This document shows positions 29,042-37,225 of a stretch of DNA of 64,000 nt, in pieces. The notes under the pieces were generated by a model. It had not been told where the DNA came from. It saw only the letters and a program-made list of their open reading frames with translations, and searched no databases. Origin of the DNA: Armatimonadota bacterium (GTDB lineage Bacteria; Armatimonadota; Fimbriimonadia; Fimbriimonadales; GBS-DC). Position numbers and translations under genes: made by a program. Location of the stretch: positions 32,001-96,000 of the forward strand of contig JBBIML010000009.1 of NCBI GenBank assembly GCA_037444405.1. Reading direction: 5' to 3'. Positions within the stretch are counted from its first letter, which is position 1. Each line of letters starts with the position of its first letter.

Positions 29042-30253
29042 ATGAGACGGTCATCGCGTGGTCTCTGGCTAACGGCTTTGATTCTGTTGCTGGTTCAGGC
29101 GGGTCTGCAGTGGCGCATTTTACCGCTCTGGAGCAAGAACTACGCACCGAAGCAGGCGGCTCCCGTGGGGCTGTCGCCTGACCAGCTGCTGGTTGCTTTT
29201 GCGGGCTTCCGCGAGTTCCTGGCAGGCATGCTCTGGGTGCGGGCGGACGGCTTCTTCCATTCGGGCAACTACGACGCCATCCTGCCCATGCTGCGACTGG
29301 TAACATGGCTCGATCCGCACAACATCGATGTCTACACCACCGGCGCATGGCATATGGGCTATAACTTCACCGACGAAGCGCAGCGCTCCGACCGACGCTA
29401 CATCCCGCTCGCCCTCAAGTTCCTGGACGAAGGCATCGAAAACAACCCGAATGTGTGGGACCTCTACTTCGAGATGGGCTGGATGTATTTCCACAAGATT
29501 CAGGACCCTGTGAGCGCGGTGCCGTGGCTGCAGAAAGCGAACTCGTTCCCCGATATGATCCCTGCGCGACGCCACACGCTGGCACACGCGCTGTTCAAAG
29601 CGGGTCGCTTCGATGAAGCCATCGACACCTGGGGGCAGCTGCTTTTGGACGCCGAAAAAACGCGCCACAAAGATTGGGAAGGACATGTCCTGTTCGACAA
29701 TCGCCTGAAGAACTTCCTGGAGACGGTGCTGGATGTAACTCGCCGATACGGTCCGGAACCAGAGACTCAGCCGCCGCTGGATATGGAGTTCGATGCGACG
29801 GTCAAAGTGGTACGCCCGCGCGTGATTCTGGTCGAGGGACGGCTCGCCATCCCCACGATAGGTGCGCGCGTCACGGTTATCCTGCGCGACAAGGGCAGAA
29901 CCATCAACTACTCTCCCAAAGCGCTCAAGGTCTTCTCCTTCGAAATCGATAAGAACCTCACCTATATGCAGGATTCGCTGGCAGTGCGGGAGATGAAGTT
30001 CCGCCGCGAGATCGACATGAGCAAAGACCCGAAGATGTACCCCTTCAAGGCGCCCGAATATGAGGTGGAGTTCATCTTCGACCCGCGCTACGCCTCGCCC
30101 CAGATTCAGGATCGCATCGGCACCGATGGCGTCGGCATGACTGACAGGCGCTATCTGGACACCAGCGACCCGTCCGCCCGCATGTTGCGCAAGGTCGTCA
30201 CGCTCACCCGCGAGGAGATTCTGATGATTGGCAGGCGAGCGTCAGCACAGTAG
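29042..30253 (+). CDS. Membrane-anchored TPR-containing protein
   Basis: N-terminal hydrophobic segment, GFREFLAGMLWVRAD, LVTWLDPH, TPR-like helical repeats. Confidence 0.7.
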   Translation: MRRSSRGLWLTALILLLVQAGLQWRILPLWSKNYAPKQAAPVGLSPDQLLVAFAGFREFLAGMLWVRADGFFHSGNYDAILPMLRLVTWLDPHNIDVYTTGAWHMGYNFTDEAQRSDRRYIPLALKFLDEGIENNPNVWDLYFEMGWMYFHKIQDPVSAVPWLQKANSFPDMIPARRHTLAHALFKAGRFDEAIDTWGQLLLDAEKTRHKDWEGHVLFDNRLKNFLETVLDVTRRYGPEPETQPPLDMEFDATVKVVRPRVILVEGRLAIPTIGARVTVILRDKGRTINYSPKALKVFSFEIDKNLTYMQDSLAVREMKFRREIDMSKDPKMYPFKAPEYEVEFIFDPRYASPQIQDRIGTDGVGMTDRRYLDTSDPSARMLRKVVTLTREEILMIGRRASAQ

Positions 30254-30292
30254 CCCGGGCGTCTCGCCCGTATAGCTGACGGTGAACAGGCG

Positions 30293-31198
30293 ATGCGGTT
30301 CCCACTTGAAGGCAGTGAGCGATTGCACAACCCTGGCGGGCGATTACGCCTGCTCTGGCAGGAGCGCAATATCGTGGTAATGCCCGGCGTCTATAACGCG
30401 ATCCTGGCGCGACTGGTGCAGTATCACGGCTTCGAGGCGGTCTATATTTCGGGCGCGGGCGTAACCAACAGCCTGCTCGGATTGCCTGATCACGCTTTTA
30501 TTACACTCCCAGAGATGGCGCAGGTGTGCGGTTATATCACCAGCGTCATCTCCATCCCTGCGGTTGCCGATGCCGACACGGGCTATGGCGAGGCGTTGCA
30601 GGTTGCCCGCGCGGTGCAGATGCTGGAGCGGGCAGGGCTGGCAGGCATCCATATCGAGGATCAGCTGAACCCGAAGCGGTGCGGGCATTTAGAGGGCAAA
30701 GAACTGATCCCCACCGAAGCGATGGTCGCCAGGATTCGCGCGGCATTACGGGCGCGTGAGAACCCCGACTTCGTGATTATCGCTCGCACCGACGCGCGCG
30801 CGGTGGAGGGTCTGCAGGGCGCTATTGACCGTGCCCGCGCATACGCCGACGCAGGCGCCGACGCCATCTTCCCCGAAGCGTTGCAATCGCCTGACGAGTT
30901 CGAACGGTTCGCGCGCGCCGTGCCGCTGCCCCTGATGGCGAACATGACCGAGTTCGGCAAAACGCCCTATATCAGCGTCCGCGAGTTCGCCCAGCTGGGC
31001 TACAAGATGGTCATCTTCCCGATGACGCTCTTTCGCGTGATGATGAAAGCCGCCGAGCATGCGCTCGCCACGCTCAAAGCGGAGGGCAGCCAGCGCTCGC
31101 TTCTGGAGGCGATGCAGACCCGCGCCGAGCTGTATGAGCTGCTGGAGTACGAGCGATTTCTGGAGTTTGACCGTGCAATGGGTGAGGAATCGCCATGA
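30293..31198 (+). CDS. prpB: 2-methylisocitrate lyase
   Basis: YISGA, DADTGYG, HIEDQ, KRCGH, ARTDA, ANMTEFGKTP. Confidence 0.92.
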   Translation: MRFPLEGSERLHNPGGRLRLLWQERNIVVMPGVYNAILARLVQYHGFEAVYISGAGVTNSLLGLPDHAFITLPEMAQVCGYITSVISIPAVADADTGYGEALQVARAVQMLERAGLAGIHIEDQLNPKRCGHLEGKELIPTEAMVARIRAALRARENPDFVIIARTDARAVEGLQGAIDRARAYADAGADAIFPEALQSPDEFERFARAVPLPLMANMTEFGKTPYISVREFAQLGYKMVIFPMTLFRVMMKAAEHALATLKAEGSQRSLLEAMQTRAELYELLEYERFLEFDRAMGEESP

Positions 31199-32358
31199 GC
31201 GGTTATGTAGCGGACAAGTTGCAACGGGTGACGCCTGCCTATCCCGATGATAGCCTGCTGCGGGCAGCGGAGTTGCTCACCCAGGGCGGCGCGGGCGTGC
31301 TGCCGATTGTGGTGGCAGGCGAGCCAGTCGGGGTGCTGACCGAGGAGCGGCTGCGCGACGCGCTCGCCAGCGGCGCCCACTGGAGCGAACCCGTCGCCCG
31401 CTGGATGGAAAACGCCTTCATCCCTGTGCCCATCGATGCGCCCGCCGAGACCGCCATCGAACAGCTGGTCGACTCCTCACGACCTGCGCTGGGGGTTGAT
31501 CCCTGGGGGCGCTATGTGGGCGTGGTGAATGTCGCCAGCCTCATCGGTCGCCCCCATGCGAGTGTATCGGTCGGCACGATTGGCGGGATGGCGACCCCGC
31601 TCGGCGTCTATCTGACCAACGGCATGGTGCGCGCGGGCGCAAGCGACCTCGGGCTGGCGCTCACAGGCGCACTGCTGTTCCTGCTCTTTCTCGCTGCCAG
31701 CTGGATCGTGGTCGGCGGCGCCCGCTGGGTGCAGACACAGTTCAACATCCCGCTGTTGAGCTACTACGATTCGCCCTACGCCTACACCTGGCTGGCGAGC
31801 GACCTGATGGGGCTGGTGCTGCGCGCGTCGGAGTTCGTGCTGTTCCTGCTGTTGATGCGCCTGCTACCGATAGCGGGCACGCACGCGGCGGAGCATATGG
31901 TGGTGCATGCGATTGAGCGGGGCGAGCCACTGGTGCTGGAGGTGGTGCGCCGCATGCCACGCGTGCACCCGCGCTGCGGCACGAACCTGGTGGCAGGGGT
32001 GGTGCTGTTTCTGGGGCTGGCGAACTTCCTGCAGGGCATGACACCGGAGGTGGGCGGCGCCCGCGACCTCGCCCTGCTGTTTGCCCTGCTGTTCACCGTG
32101 ATGTTCTGGCGACCGTTCGGCGAGCTGCTGCAGTGGCTGGCGACCACGAAGCCGCCCACCGAGCAGCAGCTCCGGAACGCAATTCGCGCGGGCGAAGAGC
32201 TGTTGCAACGAGCACGCCCCTACAGCGGAAGCGTGCCCCCCTTCGGCACGCGCCTGCTGCGAACGGGACTGCTGCAGATTCTGGCGGGCGCATGGGGCAC
32301 GCTCGCGATTCTCAGCCTGCTGGAACGCTGGCTGGGTATCACCCTGCTGATTGGCTAA
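31195..32358 (+). CDS. CBS-pair plus DUF1385 membrane protein
   Basis: N-terminal CBS-like repeats; IGGMA, HAAEH and RVHPRCGTN DUF1385 motifs; Q.LATT.PP. Confidence 0.8.
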   Translation: MSGYVADKLQRVTPAYPDDSLLRAAELLTQGGAGVLPIVVAGEPVGVLTEERLRDALASGAHWSEPVARWMENAFIPVPIDAPAETAIEQLVDSSRPALGVDPWGRYVGVVNVASLIGRPHASVSVGTIGGMATPLGVYLTNGMVRAGASDLGLALTGALLFLLFLAASWIVVGGARWVQTQFNIPLLSYYDSPYAYTWLASDLMGLVLRASEFVLFLLLMRLLPIAGTHAAEHMVVHAIERGEPLVLEVVRRMPRVHPRCGTNLVAGVVLFLGLANFLQGMTPEVGGARDLALLFALLFTVMFWRPFGELLQWLATTKPPTEQQLRNAIRAGEELLQRARPYSGSVPPFGTRLLRTGLLQILAGAWGTLAILSLLERWLGITLLIG

Positions 32359-32430
32359 ACCCGACCACTTTCGAAGAGGAAATTTCCCCCGGCTCTTCTC
32401 GATTTGCGAAAAATGGGGTATAATAGAGTA

Positions 32431-32642
32431 TTGGCGCCACCAAAAGACCGGGATAACTGGCACGCCTCCACCGCACATAACCTGTCATCACACCGACCCA
32501 AACGACGAGCACATCTGGGGCGATTCCGGGTGCGTGGCGGTGGGGTTCTGAGTTCTATGAACAGAGTACTTCACCGGGTGCAGGCATTTCGGGGCGTACC
32601 GACAATCGGAAAGGGGCGTGGGGGTTAGACCCACGCCCCTTC
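32431..32642 (+). ncRNA. Candidate structured ncRNA of about 180-210 nt (long irregular hairpin, 6S-like)
   Basis: TATAAT at 32419-32424. Nested pairings ttgg/ccga, cgcc/ggcg, ccgg/ccgg, ctccaccgc/gcggtgggg, cacc/ggtg, ccca/tggg, followed by a GC hairpin. No credible ORF. Confidence 0.5.
32611..32641. terminator. GC-rich hairpin, probable terminator between convergent transcripts
   Basis: aaggggcgtggg-ggttaga-cccacgcccctt. Confidence 0.7.
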
Positions 32643-32646
32643 ATCG

Positions 32647-33666
32647 TTAGCATCCGCTGCCGAAGGCTAATAGCACGATTAGCACATCGGCATCGTCTAC
32701 AATCCCGTCGCCGTTCACATCCTCGGGCAGCTCCTGACCCGCGCTGCCGAAGGCGAGCAGCACTGACAGCAGGTCGTCGTCACCCACGAAGCCGTCAGCG
32801 TTCACATCCGCCCGCAACGCTACGCCGAAGTCGAGGCGATAGGCGCGACCTTCCTGCACCTCTACCTCGTAGCGTCCCGTCGCAGGCGTAACCGCGCGCC
32901 AGGCAGGCGGAATCACCACCGCCACCTCGTACCGTCCCGAGGGCAGCGTCTCCACTTCATAGTGTCCCTGCGCGTCGGTGGTCACGCTGGCAGTGTTGCC
33001 GTGCGTGTCGCGTAGCACGACCGTCCAGCCTGCCAGCCCGTTCTCGCTGGCGTCCTGCGAGCCGTTGCGATTGCGATCGCAGTAGAGCGTGCCCTGCAGG
33101 GCACCGCGCGGGCACTCACACAGCGACGCAATCGTCAGGTCATACAGGATGGGGCTATCACCGAACGCGCCGCGGCACACCTCACGACTGCACTGCTGAC
33201 CCTGTCGGCGACGCGAGAAGACCACCTGCACCTGCAGGTAGCGCCCGCGCTGGCAGAACGCCTGCGGACTCAGTTTTGCCAGTGCCGTCAGCAGCTCGCC
33301 ACGCCACACAGCCCACTCGATTGTTTCCTGGGCGTTTACATCCACCACTTCCAGCTCCTCACCCGTTTCGGGATTAGTGGGCCAGGGGGCTTCATGCTGG
33401 TACAAGTGGGTAATGTGCCCATACTCCTTTTTGAGCGCTCGCAGGGCGCATATGTAGGCATAAGTCGTTAAGGAAACGCCGTAATCGGGCTTGTAATGAC
33501 GGCTGGCGTACCAGACAGCCACGCCAGCAATCTGGAGGCATTCGTCGCGCCAGTAGTCGGGCGTGTACGCAGATGGGCAAAAGTGCTGGCACGCATAGCG
33601 CACCGCGGCGCGGGCTGCCTTCTGCAATTCTGGCGTCAGATCGCCTAACGGGTCGTAGAACGGCAC
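32647..33666 (-). CDS. Chimeric ORF: sigma-70 region 2-like N-terminus fused to an SdrD-B/Cna-like domain and a dockerin-like tail
   Basis: RDECLQIAGVAVWYASRHYKPDYGVSLTTYAY (sigma region 2), ...ALAKLSPQA, then GTLYCDRNRNGSQDASENGLAGWTVVL and duplicated DVN.DG.V.D.D.L.VLLAFG. GGGGG before GTG 33666. Confidence 0.7.
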   Translation of the reverse strand: MPFYDPLGDLTPELQKAARAAVRYACQHFCPSAYTPDYWRDECLQIAGVAVWYASRHYKPDYGVSLTTYAYICALRALKKEYGHITHLYQHEAPWPTNPETGEELEVVDVNAQETIEWAVWRGELLTALAKLSPQAFCQRGRYLQVQVVFSRRRQGQQCSREVCRGAFGDSPILYDLTIASLCECPRGALQGTLYCDRNRNGSQDASENGLAGWTVVLRDTHGNTASVTTDAQGHYEVETLPSGRYEVAVVIPPAWRAVTPATGRYEVEVQEGRAYRLDFGVALRADVNADGFVGDDDLLSVLLAFGSAGQELPEDVNGDGIVDDADVLIVLLAFGSGC

Positions 33667-33688
33667 CGCTATCCCCCTTTGCACACAC

Positions 33689-33717
33689 AGTATACCCATA
33701 AAAAACGCGCGTGTCAA
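33689..33717 (-). promoter_or_regulatory. Sigma70-type promoter for the chimeric ORF
   Basis: Minus strand TTGACA-17 nt-TATACT. Confidence 0.75.
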
Positions 33718-33754
33718 AGGGAGGGAGAGGGTGTTCGAAAATTCGCCGCCGAGC

Positions 33755-33784
33755 TTGACTCATCAGCGCATGATGGGGTATAAT
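33755..33784 (+). promoter_or_regulatory. Sigma70-type promoter for tRNA-Cys
   Basis: TTGACT-18 nt-TATAAT, ending 15 nt upstream of the tRNA. Confidence 0.75.
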
Positions 33785-33799
33785 ATGACCAGATTGAGA

Positions 33800-33875
33800 G
33801 GCGCCGTACCCAAGTGGCCAAGGGGGAGGCCTGCAAAGCCTCTATTCGTGGGTTCGATTCCCACCGGCGCCTCCA
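33800..33875 (+). tRNA. tRNA-Cys (GCA)
   Basis: Acceptor GGCGCCG/CGGCGCC, anticodon arm gaggc-ctGCAaa-gcctc, T-loop GGTTCGATTCC, encoded 3' TCCA. Confidence 0.97.
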
Positions 33876-35317
33876 TTTTTATTGGGTTCTGCAGGCGGCG
33901 ATGGTGCTTCCACTGTAATCGGCACCTGTAGCCACTGATGGTCGATATAGACGCTGATTGTGCCCTGTCCGGGGCGAAGCGCGGTGAATCGTCCCCACTG
34001 GTCGATGAAGCCCAGCCCGCTGCTGCAGCCCCAGAGAGCGTCCCAGGTGGAGACAGGCTCGCGCCCGCGCCAGATTCGGAAGCGCACCTGCTCGCCCACT
34101 TTCAGCGTGGCGGCGGGCGGCTCGACGCGATAGGTTTCACGCGGCAGTGCAGGGCGCAGGCTGTCATCGAACAGCAGCAGCATATTCGCCACAGGGCGCT
34201 CGTTGCCGTCCGATGGGCTGTTCAGTATCAGATTGTACGCCACCAGTGTCGTGGAGCCGCCTCCATCGAGATTGATGGCTTCGATGGCGCCGTAGCGCAG
34301 CATCAGTTGCGCCAGTTCTGCCAGGCTGGCGCCCTGACTGTGCGCCTGGCGTCCGTCCACCACCAGCCAGATGAGTTCGCCCTTCGCCGTGCGTCCGACC
34401 GCCGTGCGCGGATGGCGCCGCTCGATGAATCCGCTGTTGAAGCCCGCGCGTACCAATTCTTCGGCGATCACAGGCTTGCCGTTGCGCACCAGCCACGGTC
34501 CGCCCGCAACGGCTTCCGACACCTCACGCCATTCAGGTGCGCCCTCTCCCCGCAGGTCGATGCGAATCTGCACCTTCTGACCCGCCTGCAGCGATTGCAG
34601 GAACTGGCTCGCTTCGCCCGTGCCCATCAGCACGCCGCCGGTGAAGGGGATCGGCACGCTGTTCACATCGGTCAGCACGGAGCGCACGACCGCCTGCACG
34701 GTGCTGCCCACCCGCAGCGGGCGCTGCAGCAAATCCAGCACTAATGCCGTGCCCGCCGCCTCTGATTGGGCACTCACACCGAAGAAGCTGGTGAACAGCA
34801 CCAGATCGCCGTTTGCCCTCACAGGGCGGTTGATGCCTGTGAGCGCGAAGCGCTGCCCGTCGGCGCGGGTTACTTCGGCGTCCAGTTCGGGCGCGCCCAT
34901 TACCACCCTGCCGCGCATGGTCCAGCCGACGGCGGGACGGTTCGGGAACGGTTCGCTCACGATTTCGCCTCCAATAATGCACAGTCCCAGCGGGTCGCCT
35001 GTGAAGGGGAAGAAGTCGGCGTTGATGGCGGCGAGCGCGCGATGGCGCCACGCCGCGCGACTGACCGCCTCCCGCCCGCGCGTCGGGTCGCCACTCAGCA
35101 CCACATCGTTGCCCAGCGCTGCCATCAGGCGCACGGAGCGTGATGGTGTGATGCGCAAGCCTGATACCACCAGCGGCGGCTCCGTGCTGACCTCCTGAAA
35201 CAGCACCACATGGGGTGCAATGCGCTTTTCTATCTTTTCAGGCGGCTTCGACTGCGCCAGCACGCCCACCATCAGCCACAGCCCCGCCAGCCCTGCGAGC
35301 CAGTATCGCCCTCTCAT
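33842..35317 (-). CDS. Exported phosphodiester glycosidase (NAGPA-like) family protein
   Basis: Signal peptide, AAINADFF, AVAGGPWL, RHPRTAVG, VVDGRQ, AINLDGGGST. Confidence 0.9.
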   Translation of the reverse strand: MRGRYWLAGLAGLWLMVGVLAQSKPPEKIEKRIAPHVVLFQEVSTEPPLVVSGLRITPSRSVRLMAALGNDVVLSGDPTRGREAVSRAAWRHRALAAINADFFPFTGDPLGLCIIGGEIVSEPFPNRPAVGWTMRGRVVMGAPELDAEVTRADGQRFALTGINRPVRANGDLVLFTSFFGVSAQSEAAGTALVLDLLQRPLRVGSTVQAVVRSVLTDVNSVPIPFTGGVLMGTGEASQFLQSLQAGQKVQIRIDLRGEGAPEWREVSEAVAGGPWLVRNGKPVIAEELVRAGFNSGFIERRHPRTAVGRTAKGELIWLVVDGRQAHSQGASLAELAQLMLRYGAIEAINLDGGGSTTLVAYNLILNSPSDGNERPVANMLLLFDDSLRPALPRETYRVEPPAATLKVGEQVRFRIWRGREPVSTWDALWGCSSGLGFIDQWGRFTALRPGQGTISVYIDHQWLQVPITVEAPSPPAEPNKNGGAGGNRTHE

Positions 35318-35326
35318 CAGAGCGCA

Positions 35327-35384
35327 AGTATACCCATGCTTCGTAGCAGGGGCAGGATGCCCCTGCTACGGCTGTGGGTATACT
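35327..35384. promoter_or_regulatory. Palindromic divergent promoter region: 13-bp hairpin flanked by two outward-facing TATACT boxes
   Basis: agtatacccatgc-tt-cgtagcaggggca-gga-tgcccctgctacg-gctgtgggtatact. Confidence 0.6.
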
Positions 35385-35391
35385 CCATGCT

Positions 35392-37176
35392 ATGCGATAC
35401 CTTCGCTCATGGCGACTGCGCACGGCACTCAAGCGGCGGCGCCGCGCCCGCCTCGACCTCTCGAACCCGGCGCACCTGCTGGACGAGCTGGAACGCAAGG
35501 AGCGTGAGCTGCAGGCGGCGCAGGACTACATCCGCCGGCTGGAGGCTCGCCTCGCCGATCGCGAAGCGGAAATCGAAGCGCTGAATCGGATCAGCGAAGC
35601 CACCGGCACCGCCCTCGCCTCCGAAGAGATGCTCCAGTCGATCGCCGAAATCGCCATGCGCATCACCGAGACCGAAATCTGCCACATTTTTCTGTTTGAC
35701 GAGAGCCGTAAGGAGCTGGTGTTGCGCGCCGCCACCGGCGACGATCGCCAGTTCATCGGTGAGATTCGGCTCCAGCTGGGCGAGGGTATCGTCGGCTGGG
35801 TCGCCCGCGAGCGACGCCCTGTCGCCGTGCCCCGCCAGGCGTACAAAGACCACCGCTTCAAACTGTATCCCCAGCTGAACGAGGAGCAGTACGAGAGCAT
35901 GCTCGCGGTGCCGCTGATCGGCAATAACGAGGTGATTGGCGTCATCAGCGTGCGCACGCGCAAACCCAAAGAGTACAAGCAGGAACAGATTCGGCTGCTA
36001 TCGGGCATTGCCAGCCACCTCGCCGGCGCGCTCAAGCAGCTGAGCCGTATCGAACAGCTGGAGCGTCAGGCGCATCAGGTCGCCACCCTCTCCGAAATCA
36101 GTCGCACGCTCACGGGCAACCTCTATCTGGAAGAGGTGCTGCAGCTGCTGGTTCACATGACCGCCCAGACGCTCGGCTATAAGGTCGTCACGGTGATGCT
36201 GTTAGATGAGGAGCGAGGTGAGCTGGTGCTGAAGGCGACGCAAGCCGACAGCGAGGAGTATCGCCAGAAACCGCCCCTGCGCGTGGGCGAAAGCATCGCT
36301 GGACGCGCCGTCGCCGAGAACCGTATTCTGGTCATCCCCGATGTGCAAGCGCACCCCGAATACCGATTCCCCGATATTGCCAAGCGCGCGGGACTGCACT
36401 CGATGGTGTGCGTGCCCCTGCGCGTGCGCGAGCGCGTCATCGGCACGCTCAACTGCTATACCGACCGCCCCCACCTGTTCACCGATGAGGAGCTGCGCAC
36501 GCTCGAAGCGGTCGCCAACCACGCCGCGCTCGCAATTGACCACGCCAAGCTGATGGTGCGCAGCGCCATCCTTCAGGAGATGCACCATCGCGTGAAGAAC
36601 AATCTCCAGCAAATCGCCAGCCTGCTGCGCCTCCAGATGCACTACTCGCGTTATAAAACCGTCGAGGAGGTGATTCAGGACAGCTTGAGCCGCATTCTGG
36701 CGATTGCGCAGGTGCATGAACTGCTATCGCGCGAGGACCTGGACATGGTGAGCCTGCGCAAAATCGCTTCCAGCATCCTGCACAACACGAAGCAGGCGCT
36801 CGTGCCGCCGGGCAAGCAGGTGCGCAGCAGTGTGGAAGGCGATGATGTGCTGTTGCCGTTGCAACAGGCGACCGCCGTCGCGCTGATTCTGAACGAACTC
36901 ATCCAGAACGCTATCGAACACGGCTTCAAAGAGCGCGATGCGGGTCAGATCGATGTGCGCGTGCAGAACACCAGCGGCGAAGTGCTGCTGGAGGTGAGCA
37001 ACGACGGCGAGCCGCTGCCGCCCGATTTTGACCCCGCCCGGAGCCACACGCTGGGACTGCGCATCATCGATAATCTCGTGCGGGGCACCCTGCGCGGACG
37101 GTTCCAGCTCCATAACAGCAACGGGCGCATCGTCGCCACCGTGCTGTTCCCCCGACCGGCAGCAGAAACCGCTTAA
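35392..37176 (+). CDS. Cytoplasmic GAF-GAF sensor histidine kinase, HisKA_2 (PdtaS-like)
   Basis: Two GAF domains (GEGIVGWVA, GESIAGRAV), H-box QEMHHRVKNNLQ, NELIQNAIEHG, DG and LGL boxes. Confidence 0.9.
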   Translation: MRYLRSWRLRTALKRRRRARLDLSNPAHLLDELERKERELQAAQDYIRRLEARLADREAEIEALNRISEATGTALASEEMLQSIAEIAMRITETEICHIFLFDESRKELVLRAATGDDRQFIGEIRLQLGEGIVGWVARERRPVAVPRQAYKDHRFKLYPQLNEEQYESMLAVPLIGNNEVIGVISVRTRKPKEYKQEQIRLLSGIASHLAGALKQLSRIEQLERQAHQVATLSEISRTLTGNLYLEEVLQLLVHMTAQTLGYKVVTVMLLDEERGELVLKATQADSEEYRQKPPLRVGESIAGRAVAENRILVIPDVQAHPEYRFPDIAKRAGLHSMVCVPLRVRERVIGTLNCYTDRPHLFTDEELRTLEAVANHAALAIDHAKLMVRSAILQEMHHRVKNNLQQIASLLRLQMHYSRYKTVEEVIQDSLSRILAIAQVHELLSREDLDMVSLRKIASSILHNTKQALVPPGKQVRSSVEGDDVLLPLQQATAVALILNELIQNAIEHGFKERDAGQIDVRVQNTSGEVLLEVSNDGEPLPPDFDPARSHTLGLRIIDNLVRGTLRGRFQLHNSNGRIVATVLFPRPAAETA

Positions 37177-37225
37177 AGCAGGAATCGCCCTCGCCAGCGG
37201 ATAAAATAAGCAACGGGTGAAACCA

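Noticed and set aside
32431..32642. SRP RNA or small protein gene
   Set aside because: No SRP domain IV motif (CAGG..GGAA..AGCAG); overlapping ORFs lack an RBS and recognisable features.
32400..33875. Integrative element at tRNA-Cys
   Set aside because: No integrase and no convincing duplicated tRNA end; only an 8-nt cgcctcca match near 32463.
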